DNA of 64,000 bases from Zancudomyces culisetae HAW-14-8 (GCA_052426225.1 JBNJNM010000012.1:1054001-1118000); one strand, 5' to 3'. Shown: positions 1-15,959, counted from the stretch's first letter. Numbers and translations are program-made. The notes: generated from the sequence alone by a model not told the origin.

Positions 1-711
1 CGCGTTCGAAATTGAGAAAACGGTTTGACTGGCTCACGTGCCCTGTGATTAACATAAACCATAATTACCTCAAAATCATGGAAATAGAAATCCCACCTGA
101 CTTTATGCAAAGATATCCACTCCCCTTAGCTATCGCTGTGACATTTAGTGATAATACATATAACCAAAATCCGAATTCATTGTCACATCCTCCCCCCCTC
201 CATCTGTCTCCAAAACCGGTGTATATAACGTACTATCAAAACAAAAGATGAAACAACATTCAAAGTGGATGTTGCCTGAGTGGTGGGGGGTTATAGTGGG
301 AAAAAAAATTTTTTTTTTCAATACAATCGTTTTTGTTTGTTACAATAATCCTTTGGTTGGTCGTGATTAGCAATGACAAATTGCAGTAAAAGTAACAAGA
401 GTGACTCTAAACTAGACAAGGAAAACTTACATAAGTTAAATTGTAATCTAAATAAAATTTTTGTTATTGAAGAATCTCAAGCCACTGCCAAATATAAAAA
501 CTCTAAACCATTACTTCCTCCCTTTCCTGATTCTGCTCCACTTGTCTGTTTTCAATAAAGATAAATAATATAGACTTTAATACACTAATAATATTGTATC
601 TACAGAGATATCTACTCTGAGATATTCATAATAAGAAAAAGCCGCCGTAACTCAAAAACATATACATAAACGAAAACACAATTAGAGCCTAATACCTGAA
701 ATTGTAACTAA

Positions 712-2333
712 ATGGACTCTGAAAACGTACCGGTGTTGCGTAGTGCCCACCCTGAGCAAAGCTATGGCTCAATAGAAGGTATAAATTCATAATATTTATT
801 CAAAAAAACCAATGCAACCAGTGTCTGCGCCATTGTTTTTTATCTCGTATGGCTTTCTTTGGACCTGTCACAAAGATAACGCAAAAAAAGCATATTCGTA
901 GTTGTATCAGTATTTGGATACAGATACATAAAAAAAAGTGTTTTAAAATTGACCAAAACCGATTTATAACTAGGTTCAAGTAGTAGTTCTCATGATACTA
1001 CACAACATTCTGCTTCAAATATGGAGACATTGTACTCGATAATGTAAGTGTATCTATTGAAGCACCCCCCCCCCCTGCTGTTACTATCTGTATCAGTTTT
1101 TTCTAGAAAATGATATCTAATGTAACACTAGCTTTACTTGATTGCGTTGAATAAACCTGTAGGACTATAATAATGGGTACTGGTGTGTTGCAATTGTCGT
1201 ATTCATTGAAACAAGGAGGATGGATAGGCCTTTTATACATAATATTTGCAGGGTTTATTGCAAACTACAGTGGAGATTTGATTGTTAGATGCTTGTATCT
1301 AAACGATGGAAGGAGGCTGAACAACATTTCGGAAATTGGCCACGAAGTGTTTGGAAAAAAAGGAGAATATGTCATAAGGGCATTCAAGTCTATAACTCTG
1401 TTTGGCGCATCTTCAGTGTTTATTTTATTGGCAGGAATAAACATGAATGAGTTGGCGATTCATCTACTCGGTATGGAATCGCACAGAGTGGTATGGATAT
1501 TCGTATCCGCCTTGGTGGTACTGATACCATTAATGTTGTTTAAGGAAGTAACTGAATCACCATTCTTGAGTATATATGGAACATTTACCACAGTGCTGGT
1601 AATAATTATAATAGTTACACTCAGTCTCGTGAAAATGTTGAGGGATCCGGACTTTATAATGCCTAGAACTACATCTATAAAGCTATCAGGGCTCCCCTCA
1701 TCACTTTCATCAATCTGTTTTGCCTTTGGTGGAAATATTGTATGGCCGGATGTGGAAAGGGGAATGAAAAAACGCAAAAGTTTCCCAAAGGTGCTCTCCT
1801 TAGCTAATTTACTCGTGGCGATTATGTATCTGGCTATGGCAGCAGCGGGATATGCGCTATTTGGCGATGAAAATGTTCAATCACCCATCACTATTTCTTT
1901 TGGAAAGAATCTGTATGTGGACATTGCCAACTTTTTTATGGCGGCACATGTTTTGCTAGCCGCACCAATGCTAATAATATCAGTGACAAACGAGCTCGAG
2001 TCATGTACAGACCCCAAACATTTTGGAGCAGCAAGATGGACCATGTTTCATACACGAATTCTCCGCTTTATCTTTATAGCCCTTTCGGTAGAGTTGGTCG
2101 TTTTCTTGCCCTTCTTCGAGCACCTGGTCAGTTTGTTGGGTTCTGTAGGTTCGGCGGCCTTAATTTTCATCATTCCAGTCGTCCTATACATGAAAATGTA
2201 CGAGACCCGTGTCAAATTCACCACTTCTGACTATGTCAAATTTTATGGAACTATTGCGATCGGGCTCTTGTGTTTGATAGTCGGTTCGTATACTACTGGC
2301 CTTGAGCTGTGGGAAAAACTTCGAAATCCTTGA
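712..2333 (+). CDS. Amino-acid transporter, Aa_trans/AVT1-like family; 3 exons (712-778, 974-1043, 1163-2333)
   Basis: Multi-TM ORF with family motifs IMGTGVLQLSY, GGWIG, FAFGG, GYALFG; two GT-AG introns join an upstream ATG (MDSENVPVL...METLYSIMTIIMGTG) in frame. Confidence 0.88.
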
Positions 2334-2702
2334 TTTTATTTTTCTTGCCATTTAATGCGCAGTTCCCTCCCCCAGGTTTTTCGATGTAATAACCAGTTGA
2401 TAGACTAAAGTTTTACCTTATCATAAGCACTCTGGTCCAAATTTTAATATTAGACCGGGTAATAAAGCAGAAAGTTAATGTTTTAAATCTCAGTGTTATT
2501 ATTTAAGCATTAAAGGTAGAGGGAATCGCTGTTTTTTTGCATAATATACTCCACATGAGACTACGATCTATAACAGATAACTGATAGTACTAAAAAAAAA
2601 TACACAAAAACCGTAGTGAAAAAAAAACCCAAATGAAATTTCAGGTTGACTTTTTCTGGTGACAGAGCAGGTACGTATGAATGAATATATTGTGAGTGTA
2701 TA

Positions 2703-4390
2703 TCAATCTTCAAAGTCAGAACTATCGAGGACCTTTCTATGCTTTTTTTCTTTCACCTTGGTGTCTGAATCCTCGTTGTCATTTGATAAAGCTGCGCTAT
2801 ACCACTCCTAATTATAGTTAATTATCAAACACATGTCAGTTTGGGATTTTGCCTTTGGTTGCAACAACAGTTCTAGTATGCACTCTATATTTTTAGGACT
2901 TTCAATTATTGAATATCTTACATTTCCTGTCTTCCGTTTTGGTCTTTTGCTTGTATTTTTTGTATTTATGATATTACTCGGATCAATATCTAGCGTCAAT
3001 ATGAATTTACCATGTTGTTATAAATATCTTTGACCCTACACCAAGTTGATAAGCTACAAATACACCACCCCCACCCCCTCCAAAATAAAAAAATCAAACA
3101 AAGCATGTTACCCTGTAATTCTCGCTGCAGCTCTAGTTTGGCCTTTATTTGTGCACATTTGGCCAGTGATGGTCGACCTTCGATACCATTGGATTTTAAC
3201 AATTCTCGTAAATAGTCTGCCTGTTGTTTTTTGCTCTTTTCAGCCATCGCTTTTGACCTTTTAAAAAAAAGTAGATCATAATGAGTTTAACAAGATGTTC
3301 CGATCCTACTAAATAATAAGCCTTACGTACCAGTTTACTCTTATCCCGCACTTATTTACATATGATCTCAGTGTTTTGATGGTCTTTTCCCACTATAAAA
3401 GTAAGTCGTGATATTAACCACCATAATTGCACGAACAGAATATAAATACTTTATCCGTTTGACTTTCCAATCCTCCTAAAAGAGATGAACAAATGTTACC
3501 TTATCACCACTCCCGCTTTCAGCTTTATCAGTAGATTTTTGATTGCCTTTTTTCTCTCGTTTCCGCTCTAATTTTATAAAAGTTGATAGTTTTTTCGTGT
3601 ATCAGGTGGAGAGAATGAGAAAGACTTAATAAAATATGTCTGATTGGTCCATTCCTGACCACACGAGCTTTAACAATTCAAAAAACAGCGATTTGTATTT
3701 TGATATATTAGTCGAATTTTGTTATTACCTTTGGAAGGTGTAAAATGCTCGTCTTCGCTGTCGACAACATTGGTTCGTACAACTCGGTCACTTTTTTTCT
3801 TTTGTACTTTTGCTTTACCTGTTCTGACATGTGTGTGCTTGCCTTGTTCCTCCTCTTGCTCCTCCTCCTCTTCTTCTTCCTGTTCCTCCTCCTCCTCTTC
3901 TTCTTCGTTCTCTTCCGCACCCGCACCCTCACCCTCACTTTCACTTGCTACATTTTCGTTTTCTTTGGCCGTTGGATCCTCTTTTGACTCGAGTTCAGCC
4001 TTTAGTTATTAATATTGTAAAGTGTTATTTTATTTATCTTTTATTTACCGAATCGAGTTAAACTGTCAAAGTACACGAAATTGGTGGATACACTTACCAA
4101 GACCCGATCAACCAGATCCTCTATTTTTTGCTTTATGTCTGCAGTACTAAGCTCTTTATATTCTAATCCCAACTTTTCCTCCGCCTGTCTCAGTATTTTT
4201 TTAATTGAAAGCGTGCTACAAGTGAAATATCATTGTTTTGATTATTTTCCCTTGTTACTTTTTCAACACGCTTGCTTCTTTATAACGGTTTAAATTGCAA
4301 AAAATATATAAAAAAGTGAATAAAATAATACCTTAAATCACCATTTACTATTATCTCACGACACACCTTCTCGATCTCTTCAAATTCCAT
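2703..4390 (-). CDS. HIRIP3-like (CHZ-domain) acidic histone chaperone, multi-exon
   Basis: N-term MEFEEIEKVCREII..LSIKKILRQAEEKLGL, Glu-rich middle (3830-3960), C-term YVNKCGIR..LRELLKSNGIEGRPSLAKCAQIKAKLELQREL..DIDPSNII resembling the HIRIP3 C-terminal block; internal exon boundaries only partly resolved. Confidence 0.7.
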
Positions 4391-7228
4391 TTTCCGTTGA
4401 TTCTACCACTGTGTCTGTACGTTAACTATATTTACTGTTTTTTTTTGTTTGTTTGAATGCTGCTAGTGATCATTTTTTGGGTGCGAAAATGGTAAAGCAA
4501 AAACAATAACAAAAAACAAAAACAAATCGCGTTTTTTTTCCTGTCTGCTTTCTAATTAGCTCTAACACCAAAACTTTCAGTTTTTGCCGATTTGAAAAAT
4601 CAGAAAATCAAACTAAACAGGTGCGCACGTTGTCTGCGTTTTTTTTGGGGCAAACAACGTACCTGCCTTTGAGGAGCTTGCACAAATACTAACAAACTTT
4701 AGAGAAGAGGTTGTTCACTTTTATTTCAACACTGATTTTGTTCCCTCTTAACTTTATCAAAGATTGCGTATTGCGGGTTGTGCAGTGTGAAGAATTGTTG
4801 CTCAATTGTTACATTTCCTACATCATCAAGAACACTAAATCTTGGTTAACCGAGGCAGTCAAGTTGATTTAACTGGTTATATTTTAAATTGATTCATTTA
4901 AAAGTCAGTTATTGTAATGTTTGTAAAAGAAATAACCGATTTAGTGGAAAAGTTAATGCATTGAAAATAAAAAATGGATAGGTAAGCCAACAAATAGTTT
5001 CAAGGACAACTATGATGATTTTTTATACTAATTGTGCTATTTTTTGTATATTAAATATGTATTTGCAAAACCAAGCCATGTACTATTTTGAAATAAGTGG
5101 AATATATGTACTTCGATTATTGTACATATACATTTCTGAACAAGAACACGCTTTCCTCAAGATACATGAAAATTAACGAAAACCCTTCATTTGTAACCTT
5201 TAACCGTTTTTTTGTTTCTTGTCCCTTAATTTAAAATAGATACATACACGTTCTATTGATAGAAATTGCTGATGAGTTTCCGGTTTATAGAAGCATGGAA
5301 TTCTATTTTTAAACATTTTAGATTTGTACAAAAATAAACACATTGAAGAGCGGGTTCTAGGGGTTTAAAAATAATGGCGTTTGTCATCAAATAGTGTGAA
5401 TTGTAATATGTTGGCTATTTCTAAAGGGTAGTGGTTGCATATAACTTTAGCTTTCCCTTTATATTCTTATTGAAAGAGATAATAATACACACCTCGTGTT
5501 CACGATATTTTTTGACTGCAAAAAAACAATTGTAAAAAACAAAGATATACTAACATGCACTAAACTCTCTACAAGCTGAAATAAACTTTGATGTCTAGAA
5601 TGAATATAATGATCAATCCTAGTTTTATTCTATATTCATTTAGGCTCAAGAGGGTGAGGGAAGATTGATAGTGTCGCTAGAAATACACCATCAAGGCTAA
5701 GTATGTTTTCCCATCATCAGTAATAAAATATGTTGTCTATTTCATAGTTTTTCTTTAAATATAATACTCGTAAAATGTCTAATGATAACATATTGATGTA
5801 TTCGTGTAAGTAAAAAAACCTTACCGAGGCCAATCATACTCTTCTACAGTTAATTTGAAAATGTTCTTAAAATAGATAAATTCAGTATTATATAAGGAAC
5901 CTTTTCGGAAGCTGCCGTACTGGTAGAAGTGAATCACCGATGCTAGATGGGGTTTTACTAATCAATATCAAATATGTACTCAACCTATGGTTCTCAAAAT
6001 AGAATGCCCTTGTCATTACATAATGGTTTGAGCATACATAGTTTGAACTGGACAATTTATATAGTTGTCAGTTGCTCAAGATATTATCGCTCCAAATGAA
6101 TGGCAACAGTTAATTAAAAATTACATAAATCGGTGATTAACACAATATCGCGTTTTCTAATGCACTAACTTCGGACACCTCACTAGTCCAATAGGATATG
6201 CAAAGCCGAAAGAAAATTAAAAAAAAATAGAAAACTGTCTTTAGTGAATTGCACTTTCTTTGTGGTAGAGCCTGAGGAAGTACTAAGGCTAGTAGACAGT
6301 AGTGAAAGATCTAGAAAAGTGTATCCACATGTGTTTTCAGCGTTATCCAGAAATTGCAATGTTTAATAAGGTGTACAGATGTGCTACTTTTTACGGGATC
6401 ATTAGTGATGATTGGTTTAGAGTTGTTTCTCCTATTCATTTCATTTCCCTTTTCTATTAACGCTGACAATGCGTTTTTTGAAACAAATATATATTTGTAA
6501 CACAATAGGACCACAACTATTCGTTTTATGTATACCAGTAACTGATGGAGTGAAGAGAAGACAGTATAGGGTATCAATCTTTAAATAGGTTTGTTATTAC
6601 GTTTTTGAAGCACTTTGTTAATGAATTTCTTTGCACAAAGAAATAATATAAAATCAAAAAAAAAAGTATCGGAATGAAGTTGATCAAAACCATTGTGTTG
6701 TTATTGCATTAGACTTGTATGGACTGATTTGAATTGTATAAGGGTCAGATATTTTGGGGGGTCAAGATTCCTTTGTTTATATAATGAAAATTTTTATAGA
6801 AATGAAGGTCCGAGTAGTACAATCAAGAAAGGCTTATTTTGAGAAAACCACCATAATAGTTTTTGTAGTATTTTGTTTATTAGCAGTGCAATTTGCATCT
6901 GATTATTTATCCTTATTAATAGCTAGGTTTTATGATACAAAAATTATAAAACATTAAAATGCTGAGGAAATTCAGAGATTAATAATTACCGGGAATATAA
7001 AAATAAAAGCAAAAAATATAAATATACATAAAAGAATTATGCCTTATAAAGAGATGGAAATAAACTTGTAGATACATAAAGCTGTTCAATATTAACCCGA
7101 AAAAAAATAATTAATAAATAGTGGTATTACACTTGGAATAGAGTACCCCCATTCACACAACAGGTATAATATTGTAGAATCTCACCAATCCTTCAAGCAA
7201 TAACTGATTTCTGTGGAGCAACAATACA

Positions 7229-9328
<2,100 letters not shown>

Positions 9329-10030
9329 TTACAATGACAGGGGATTATGAGTTATGTAGGTGGGGGATGATTGAAAAGGGGAAGAGGAAGGGGATGGGGA
9401 GTTTATCAACTTTATAAATAGGGGAGGGGGGGTGGGGATGGGATGGGAGACAAGAAGATGGGAACGGGTTTATGATCATTACTGTAACAATAATATTTCA
9501 TACTTTTATTATATTTTATATTTGTTTTAATTCTTTCACATTTGATTAAATTTCTTCTTGGTCTCGCATTTTTCATAACGCAACTGGTAAAAAATTTTTT
9601 TAATGGTGGTTAAACTTTTAAAAGAAACTTAGTAGCGGCAATAATGTAAATGGGAATTTGGTTTAGATATTGACAGATAATTATTAGCTTTGTTTATGCA
9701 TATGGAAGAGCGTTTGGATTTTTTGCCTGTACAAATAAATAAGTAATAAAAAAAAAGAGAATTTAAAAAAGAATGAGACAGAGCTACGGGTGCATTACAT
9801 TTATATTTTGTTAAAAAAGAGGAGTGGATAGGTAATAAAAACAAAAGCCAAGAAAAAACACAAGGTTTGTGCTTGCAGATATATTAATTTGATTAAGCAA
9901 GATAAATAGATTGTAGAGTAATAAAGTGGGAGAATATCTTAATCATGCCAAGCAGATAATGATTTACGAGAGGAACTAGTTTATTTTAGAAATTTGAGTT
10001 TTAATTAGTAGCAAAGTAAAATGGAAAATG

Positions 10031-10055
10031 ATATGATATGATATGATATGATATG
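10031..10055. repeat. (ATATG)5 microsatellite
   Basis: Direct reading; lies in the purine-rich intergenic tract, which also has a (GAAAAA)n run at ~10565-10600. Confidence 0.85.
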
Positions 10056-10899
10056 ACAAAGGAGGTAAAAAGAAAAAAAATGTTGGGAGGAGGAGAAAGA
10101 AGAAGAAGAGTGGTGGAGCTGGAATGGTGAGGGTTGGAGTGAGCTAGTGAGCTAGTGAAGTGAGTGATGAATGGGTGTTTTGTTTTTTTTTTTTTAGGTT
10201 GATTGATGGATAAAGTAAATAGTAAAAAAATTAAAAATTAAAAAAAAAATTAAAAAAAAAAGATTTCTTAGAGGTATTATATAATAATGTCGATTATTTG
10301 AAAAATAAACAAATGAAAAAAAGAAATAAAGGCAAGTAATAAACAACAGTAAATAATTATAAATTGTATAATAAAAAAAAATAAAAAGTAATATAAAAAA
10401 AATTTTTTTTAATGTTTTTTTACAAACTGGTCAGAATAGGCTAATAAAAAAATTAATCCAAAATGATTCTACATTGAAATTTGTGTAAATAAATAAAGAA
10501 AAAAAAAAGGACAAGTCAAGTCAGGTCAAGGCTAGTCAAGAAAGGAAAAGAAAAGAAAAGAACAGAAAAAGAAAAAGAAAAAGAAAAAGAAAAAGAAAAA
10601 GAGAGAGCTTGTATTCTTTATATTTTTTTTATATTTGTGCTCAAGAATATATAAAAGTAAAGAGAGGTTAGAATCTTTTAATAGGGGATAACCAAAAGGC
10701 TTAAAATATTCAAGAGGAAAACGGAAATAGGAAAGGGGAAAAGGGAATAGGAATTGGAAAAAAAAATATAATTCTAAATTATAATTAATAATTTTAGAAA
10801 CAGCAAAATAAAGTACAAGTACAAGTACAGCTAAAAGAAAAGGAACGAAAGGAAAGAAAGGGAAAAAAGGAAAAAAAAGAAAAGAAAAGAAAAGATAAA

Positions 10900-13479
10900 A
10901 TGGAGTTTTCGGAGCTTCTGAATTGCACATTATCGCCAGATCAAAATATACGAGAGCAAGCCACACGAGCATTAGAGGCAGCAGAAAATGAAGACTATGG
11001 ACAATATGTAATAAGGTTAGCGCAGGAATTAACGACCGAGGGAGGGCCAGTGTCAATAAGAATAGCGGCAGGACTGGCGCTAAAAAACTCGGTGGTGGCA
11101 AAAGATGCGAAGCTACAGGAATTATATGCAGAGCGATGGATGGCGGTGGAGCGGGAGGCGCGGGAGGGGATAAAGCGAGGGTTGTTGATGACGCTGGGAA
11201 GTAGCGAGGCGCAGGTGGGAGCGATAGCGGGACAGGGGATAGCGGCGGTGGCGGCAATAGAGCTTGTGCGGGGGCAGTGGGACGAGGTGATAAACGAGAT
11301 GCTGGTGAATGTGTCGGGGGACAATGATATGGTGAAGATAGCGTCGTTGCGAACAATAGGATATATATGCGAGGGGATGAGAGCGACGGATATAGGGGAG
11401 AAGAGCAATGTGATATTGACGGCAGTGATACAAGGGGCGCGAGGAGAGCAGAAGAACGAGGAGGTGCGACACGTGGCATTGCAGGCGCTGTACAATTCGC
11501 TGGAATTTGCGAGCCAGAACTTTGAGCGGGAAGGGGAGAGGAACGTGATTATGCAGACGGTGTGTGAGGCGACACAGAGCGGGAGCGAGGAGGTGCAGGT
11601 GGTGGCGTTTGAGTGTTTGGTGCGGATTATGCAGCTGTACTACGACAAGATGGAGTTTTATATGGAGCGGGCGTTGTTTGAGCTGACGATACTGGGGATG
11701 AAGCACAGCAACGACAATGTGGTGTTGCAGGCAATAGAGTTTTGGTCGACGGTGTGTGACGAAGAGATCGAGCTGCAGTACGACGACGAGGAAGGGGGCG
11801 AGGGGAGGGACAGTTTCCGGTTTGTGCAGCGGGCGTTGGCGCAGGTGGTGCCGATGCAGCTGTGGCTGTTGACGCGGCAGGACGAGGATGCGGATGACGA
11901 TGAGTGGAATGTGTGTATGGCGGCAGCAACGAGTTTGTCGCTGATGGCGCAGGCGGGACAGGATGCGATTATTCCCCACGTGCTTCCGTTTATAGAAAAC
12001 AACATTCGCAGCGACGACTGGCATTTGCGGGAAGCAGCGGTGATGGCGTTTGGGTCGATTATGGAGGGTCCCAATCCGGAATCGATTGCGCCGCTGGTGT
12101 CGCAGGCGCTGCCCGTGCTGATCCAGATGGTTGCGGATCCCGTGGTCATGGTCAAGGACACGGCGGCGTGGACGCTGGGGCGGGTGTGTGAGCTGCAGAT
12201 TTCATGTGTGCAGCTGGACGTGCATTTGTCGGCAATAGTGACGGCGCTGCTTGGTGGGCTGGCGGACAACGCACGGGTTGTGTCGAACTGTTGCTGGGCG
12301 CTGATGAACTTGAGTGGCCAGCTGAGCAGCGAGGAAGACGAAACGTCTGCGCTGAGTCCGTTTTTCGAATCGATTATTTCGACTCTGCTGCATATTACCG
12401 AGTCTAACTCCAACGAAGCCAATTCCCGCACCTCTGCCTACGAAGCCATGGCTACTCTGGCCGCCAACTCTGCCAAAGACACTCTCCCCATTGTTGCCAA
12501 GATGGCTGTCACTGTCATGGACCGCCTAGAGCTGTCTCTGCTGATGCTGCCGCAGTGTATTGGGTTGGACGACCGCCTGCAAATGGCCGAACTGCTGTCC
12601 AATCTGCTGGGTGTGCTGGCCAGTGTTGTCCGCGTTACTCGCAGAAACATCTCCGAAGTCAGCGACCGTGCCATGCAGCTGCTGATCCAGACCCTCGAAG
12701 CTACCGGCAAGCACAGTTCCGTTGCCGAAGATGTCTTTTTGGTTGTCAGTGCCTTGGTTATTTCCATTGAGCATGATTTTGCCCGTTACGTCGACTCGTT
12801 TGTGCCTTATCTCTATGCTGCTCTCTCCAACTACGAGGAGTACCAGCTCAATGCCATTGCTGTCGGTCTGATTGGCGACTTGTCTCGTGCCCTTTCTGCC
12901 GATATTGCCAAGTATCTCGACTCCTTTATGCCCACTCTGCTGCTCAACATCGAGTCTGACTCGCTTAACCGCGACGTCAAGCCTGCCATTCTCTCCTGCT
13001 TTGGCGATCTGGCCATGGCTGTTGGCGACGCCTTTGCCTCCTACCTCGATTTGGTCCTGCAGGTTCTGGCCAGTGCCTGCAACATGTCTGCCAAACTTGT
13101 GCCCACCGACTACGACTTGGCCGACTTCAACAACCGTCTGCGCTGCTCCATTTTCGAAGCCTACATTGGTCTGGTCCAGGGCCTCAAGCCTTTCCCTTCT
13201 CTAATCAACCCCCATCTTTCTCCCCAGCTCCCTGGCCTCTTTACCTTTATGGAAATCGTCGCCAACGACTTTTCCAACCGCTCCGAAGATATCACTCTCA
13301 ACATCCTCGGTCTTTTAGGCGATGTCGCTGATGCCTTCCCTCCCCAATCCATTGCTCCTTTACTTTCTTCTCCCTGGGTCTCTGCCATCATCCGTCATGG
13401 TCGCTCCACTACCAAGGGTGGTTCGGTTAGAGAAACTGCTCGCTGGGCTCGTGAAATGATCAGACGTGTCACCTCTTAG
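10900..13479 (+). CDS. KAP95: Importin subunit beta-1 (karyopherin beta), intronless
   Basis: 859 aa; IBN_N start, RIAAGLALKNS, FEREGERNVIMQTVCEATQ, LQAIEFWSTVCDEE, acidic loop DEDADDDEWN, AAVMAFGSIMEGP. Confidence 0.97.
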   Translation: MEFSELLNCTLSPDQNIREQATRALEAAENEDYGQYVIRLAQELTTEGGPVSIRIAAGLALKNSVVAKDAKLQELYAERWMAVEREAREGIKRGLLMTLGSSEAQVGAIAGQGIAAVAAIELVRGQWDEVINEMLVNVSGDNDMVKIASLRTIGYICEGMRATDIGEKSNVILTAVIQGARGEQKNEEVRHVALQALYNSLEFASQNFEREGERNVIMQTVCEATQSGSEEVQVVAFECLVRIMQLYYDKMEFYMERALFELTILGMKHSNDNVVLQAIEFWSTVCDEEIELQYDDEEGGEGRDSFRFVQRALAQVVPMQLWLLTRQDEDADDDEWNVCMAAATSLSLMAQAGQDAIIPHVLPFIENNIRSDDWHLREAAVMAFGSIMEGPNPESIAPLVSQALPVLIQMVADPVVMVKDTAAWTLGRVCELQISCVQLDVHLSAIVTALLGGLADNARVVSNCCWALMNLSGQLSSEEDETSALSPFFESIISTLLHITESNSNEANSRTSAYEAMATLAANSAKDTLPIVAKMAVTVMDRLELSLLMLPQCIGLDDRLQMAELLSNLLGVLASVVRVTRRNISEVSDRAMQLLIQTLEATGKHSSVAEDVFLVVSALVISIEHDFARYVDSFVPYLYAALSNYEEYQLNAIAVGLIGDLSRALSADIAKYLDSFMPTLLLNIESDSLNRDVKPAILSCFGDLAMAVGDAFASYLDLVLQVLASACNMSAKLVPTDYDLADFNNRLRCSIFEAYIGLVQGLKPFPSLINPHLSPQLPGLFTFMEIVANDFSNRSEDITLNILGLLGDVADAFPPQSIAPLLSSPWVSAIIRHGRSTTKGGSVRETARWAREMIRRVTS

Positions 13480-13916
13480 TATGTTTTATATCTTTTATTT
13501 CTTTTACTTTTTAAACTTTTCATTTATTACCGTTTTCAACCCACCCCCCCCCCACTCCCTTTTTTTTTTAAATTTTACTATACAATTCCAATTAATATTA
13601 TTGCTTTTATTATCCTCCTCCTCGCTCTCTCGCTCTCTCTCTCTCTCTCCTTCACTCTCTTTTTTTCTTTTTTCTTTTTTCTTTATTCCCAATTGGTTTG
13701 TTTATATACCATATTATCTCTTTATTTTTAATATTCCTTTTCTCATATATAGATAAAAATCTGTTGTAAAATCTCCTCTCAACTCACTACTAATAATTAC
13801 TAGTTTACTAATTATTCCTACTATTATTACTATCTTTAAATCTCTTTTACAAAATTTCTTTTCTTTAGTTGTTTTGTTTACCAAACCTCCTCCTCTTCCA
13901 ATAATAAACTTCAATA

Positions 13917-14726
13917 TCAGTTATCTTTTTTACTTTCTCCTGCTCCCTCGTTTCCTTGAGCTACCCCACTACCTTCTGCTGTTCCTTCCACTGTTCCTGC
14001 TGCTGCTGCTGCCTTCTTGTTCTTTGCTGCAGTTGCACTATCTACATGCCACGCATACAATGGTACAAAACTTTCAAAAAATCCAACATCTTCAAACAGG
14101 TTGGGGAACAGCCAGAGTCCTGGTGGATGTGAGTACATCGTGATTCCAAACAGAATCAGACGGACTATTGCCAAAACAAACAGGAATATAAGGAATCCAA
14201 TTCCAAGCATCGATAGGTACCACGTGCCCTGACGAAGCGTGGCCGGCCACAGCGGAAACATCACTCCAGCAAGAACAACTGCGACAAGCGCAGCGCCTCC
14301 CAAATAGGTCATCAGATTATTGCCTTCATACAGCCAGGCATAGTAGCTCTCTGCATTAAACGTCTGGTGCGGATTGATCCGCAGCTCCTTGTTGTTTCCA
14401 TGTTGATGCCCAGCCTTGTCACACTTGACCAGCAACTGCCACTCTAGCAGCTCGTCCAACATATCTGCCGCGGCCTCCTCGGTATCCGCACCCGCATATT
14501 TACCCACCAGTGCTGCAATCGCATTCTTGCCCCGGAAGTACTGTAATCGCCGCCCGTTCAACACTCCCTCGCGCAGTTTCAGCCCTGACGCCTTGTTGTT
14601 TAGCAGAAACCCGGCAACCTTGTAGCATTCCTTTGGTGGGCTCTGGAGTGCCCCCGCTTCTTGGTTTTGTTGTCGCTGTTTCTCGAGTCGCTGATGAAAT
14701 TTACTGGTGGTTGCTGCCGTACTCAT
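13917..14726 (-). CDS. SEC62: ER translocation protein Sec62
   Basis: LREGVLNGRRLQYFRGK, YYAWLYEG, VMFPLWP, VRLILF, PPGLWLFPNLFEDVGFFESFVPLYAW; first ATG at 14726. Confidence 0.95.
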   Translation of the reverse strand: MSTAATTSKFHQRLEKQRQQNQEAGALQSPPKECYKVAGFLLNNKASGLKLREGVLNGRRLQYFRGKNAIAALVGKYAGADTEEAAADMLDELLEWQLLVKCDKAGHQHGNNKELRINPHQTFNAESYYAWLYEGNNLMTYLGGAALVAVVLAGVMFPLWPATLRQGTWYLSMLGIGFLIFLFVLAIVRLILFGITMYSHPPGLWLFPNLFEDVGFFESFVPLYAWHVDSATAAKNKKAAAAAGTVEGTAEGSGVAQGNEGAGESKKDN

Positions 14727-15959
14727 TGTGCTGTTTCTTTTTATTATCACTTCTTGTGTATATTTATTTACTTTTTATTTATTTATTTATGTGTGTGTGA
14801 GAGTGTGTGATTACAAAGATGTGCACTTTTTCTTTCTTTTACAACACTCTTTTCAGTTATTTATTTGTTTATTTATAAAAGCAAAACTATATACAATCCC
14901 GAAAAATATTGTTTTAATTGTTTGCCCTTTAACAATTGCATTATGTTACACTACACTCAGTTTAATTTTTTTTTTAGCTTTTTTTGCGGTTGTTTAATTA
15001 TACTTTGCGATTACTAATTGGTTTATTATCGAAATTAATGGCCCTTTGTAGCATTTTTTTTTCTTTTTTTTTCTTTTTCTTTTTTTCATTAAACGTCCTT
15101 GTTATAGTTTTATATATTTCGTATCTAAAAATCATTAATAAAAATAAATGTAAAAATACAAGTATAAATACAAAAAAAAACAAACTAGAAACAACTAGTG
15201 TTGCTCAACACCTTGTTCTCTTATTTCTATTTGTTGTACATTATTTTTACTAGAAAAAAAAAACTGGTGTATACATATTTAAATGTCATTAGTCTTGGGT
15301 ATTGATTCCTTTTATATTTCTTTTACCTTTTTATACTTGCACTCACTCGCTTAGATTTATTGAATGATTTAGCAATATATTTTTTCTAATCTATTCTGTC
15401 TATTCTAATGATTATATAATAACGCTCGTAATTTTACCTCCCTACTTTTTTTTTCTTTTTTCTTTTTTCCTTTTTCCAATTTATTTATTTTTAACTACCG
15501 CAAACCAAAACTATAAGAGATGAAAAAAAAAGAAAAAAGAAAAACAAACAATTGACTAATTTATCCCTTTTCGTTTCCAGATTAATGAGCTATTTTTCGA
15601 TTCTGTTACTTTATTTTTCTTTTTTATATTTAAAGGTTTTTGGTTTTACTTGATTAGTTTATCAAAAAATATTTGGGACTACACACATCTCCTAAATATT
15701 CTTTAAAATAGAAACACAACTTTAAGTCTAGCCCTCATTATTGTATACTTACCAAATAAAACACAACACCTTGCCCTTCCCTTTCTCCTTTCCCTTTTTC
15801 CTTGTATATTATTTTTATTATCAAGACGATTATTGTTATATCATGGCAAAATTTTTTTTGATTCATTTAAAAAAGGAAATTCCAAGATAATAGTCAAAAA
15901 AAAATAACATATTAGAATAAAGTAAAATAAACCTTAATATTTCTCAAAAGTGCTCAATA

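Noticed and set aside
10532-13391. Many long antisense and alternate-frame ORFs over KAP95 (e.g. 315, 300 and 257 aa)
   Set aside because: Shadow ORFs caused by high GC and skewed codon use; low-complexity products with no motifs
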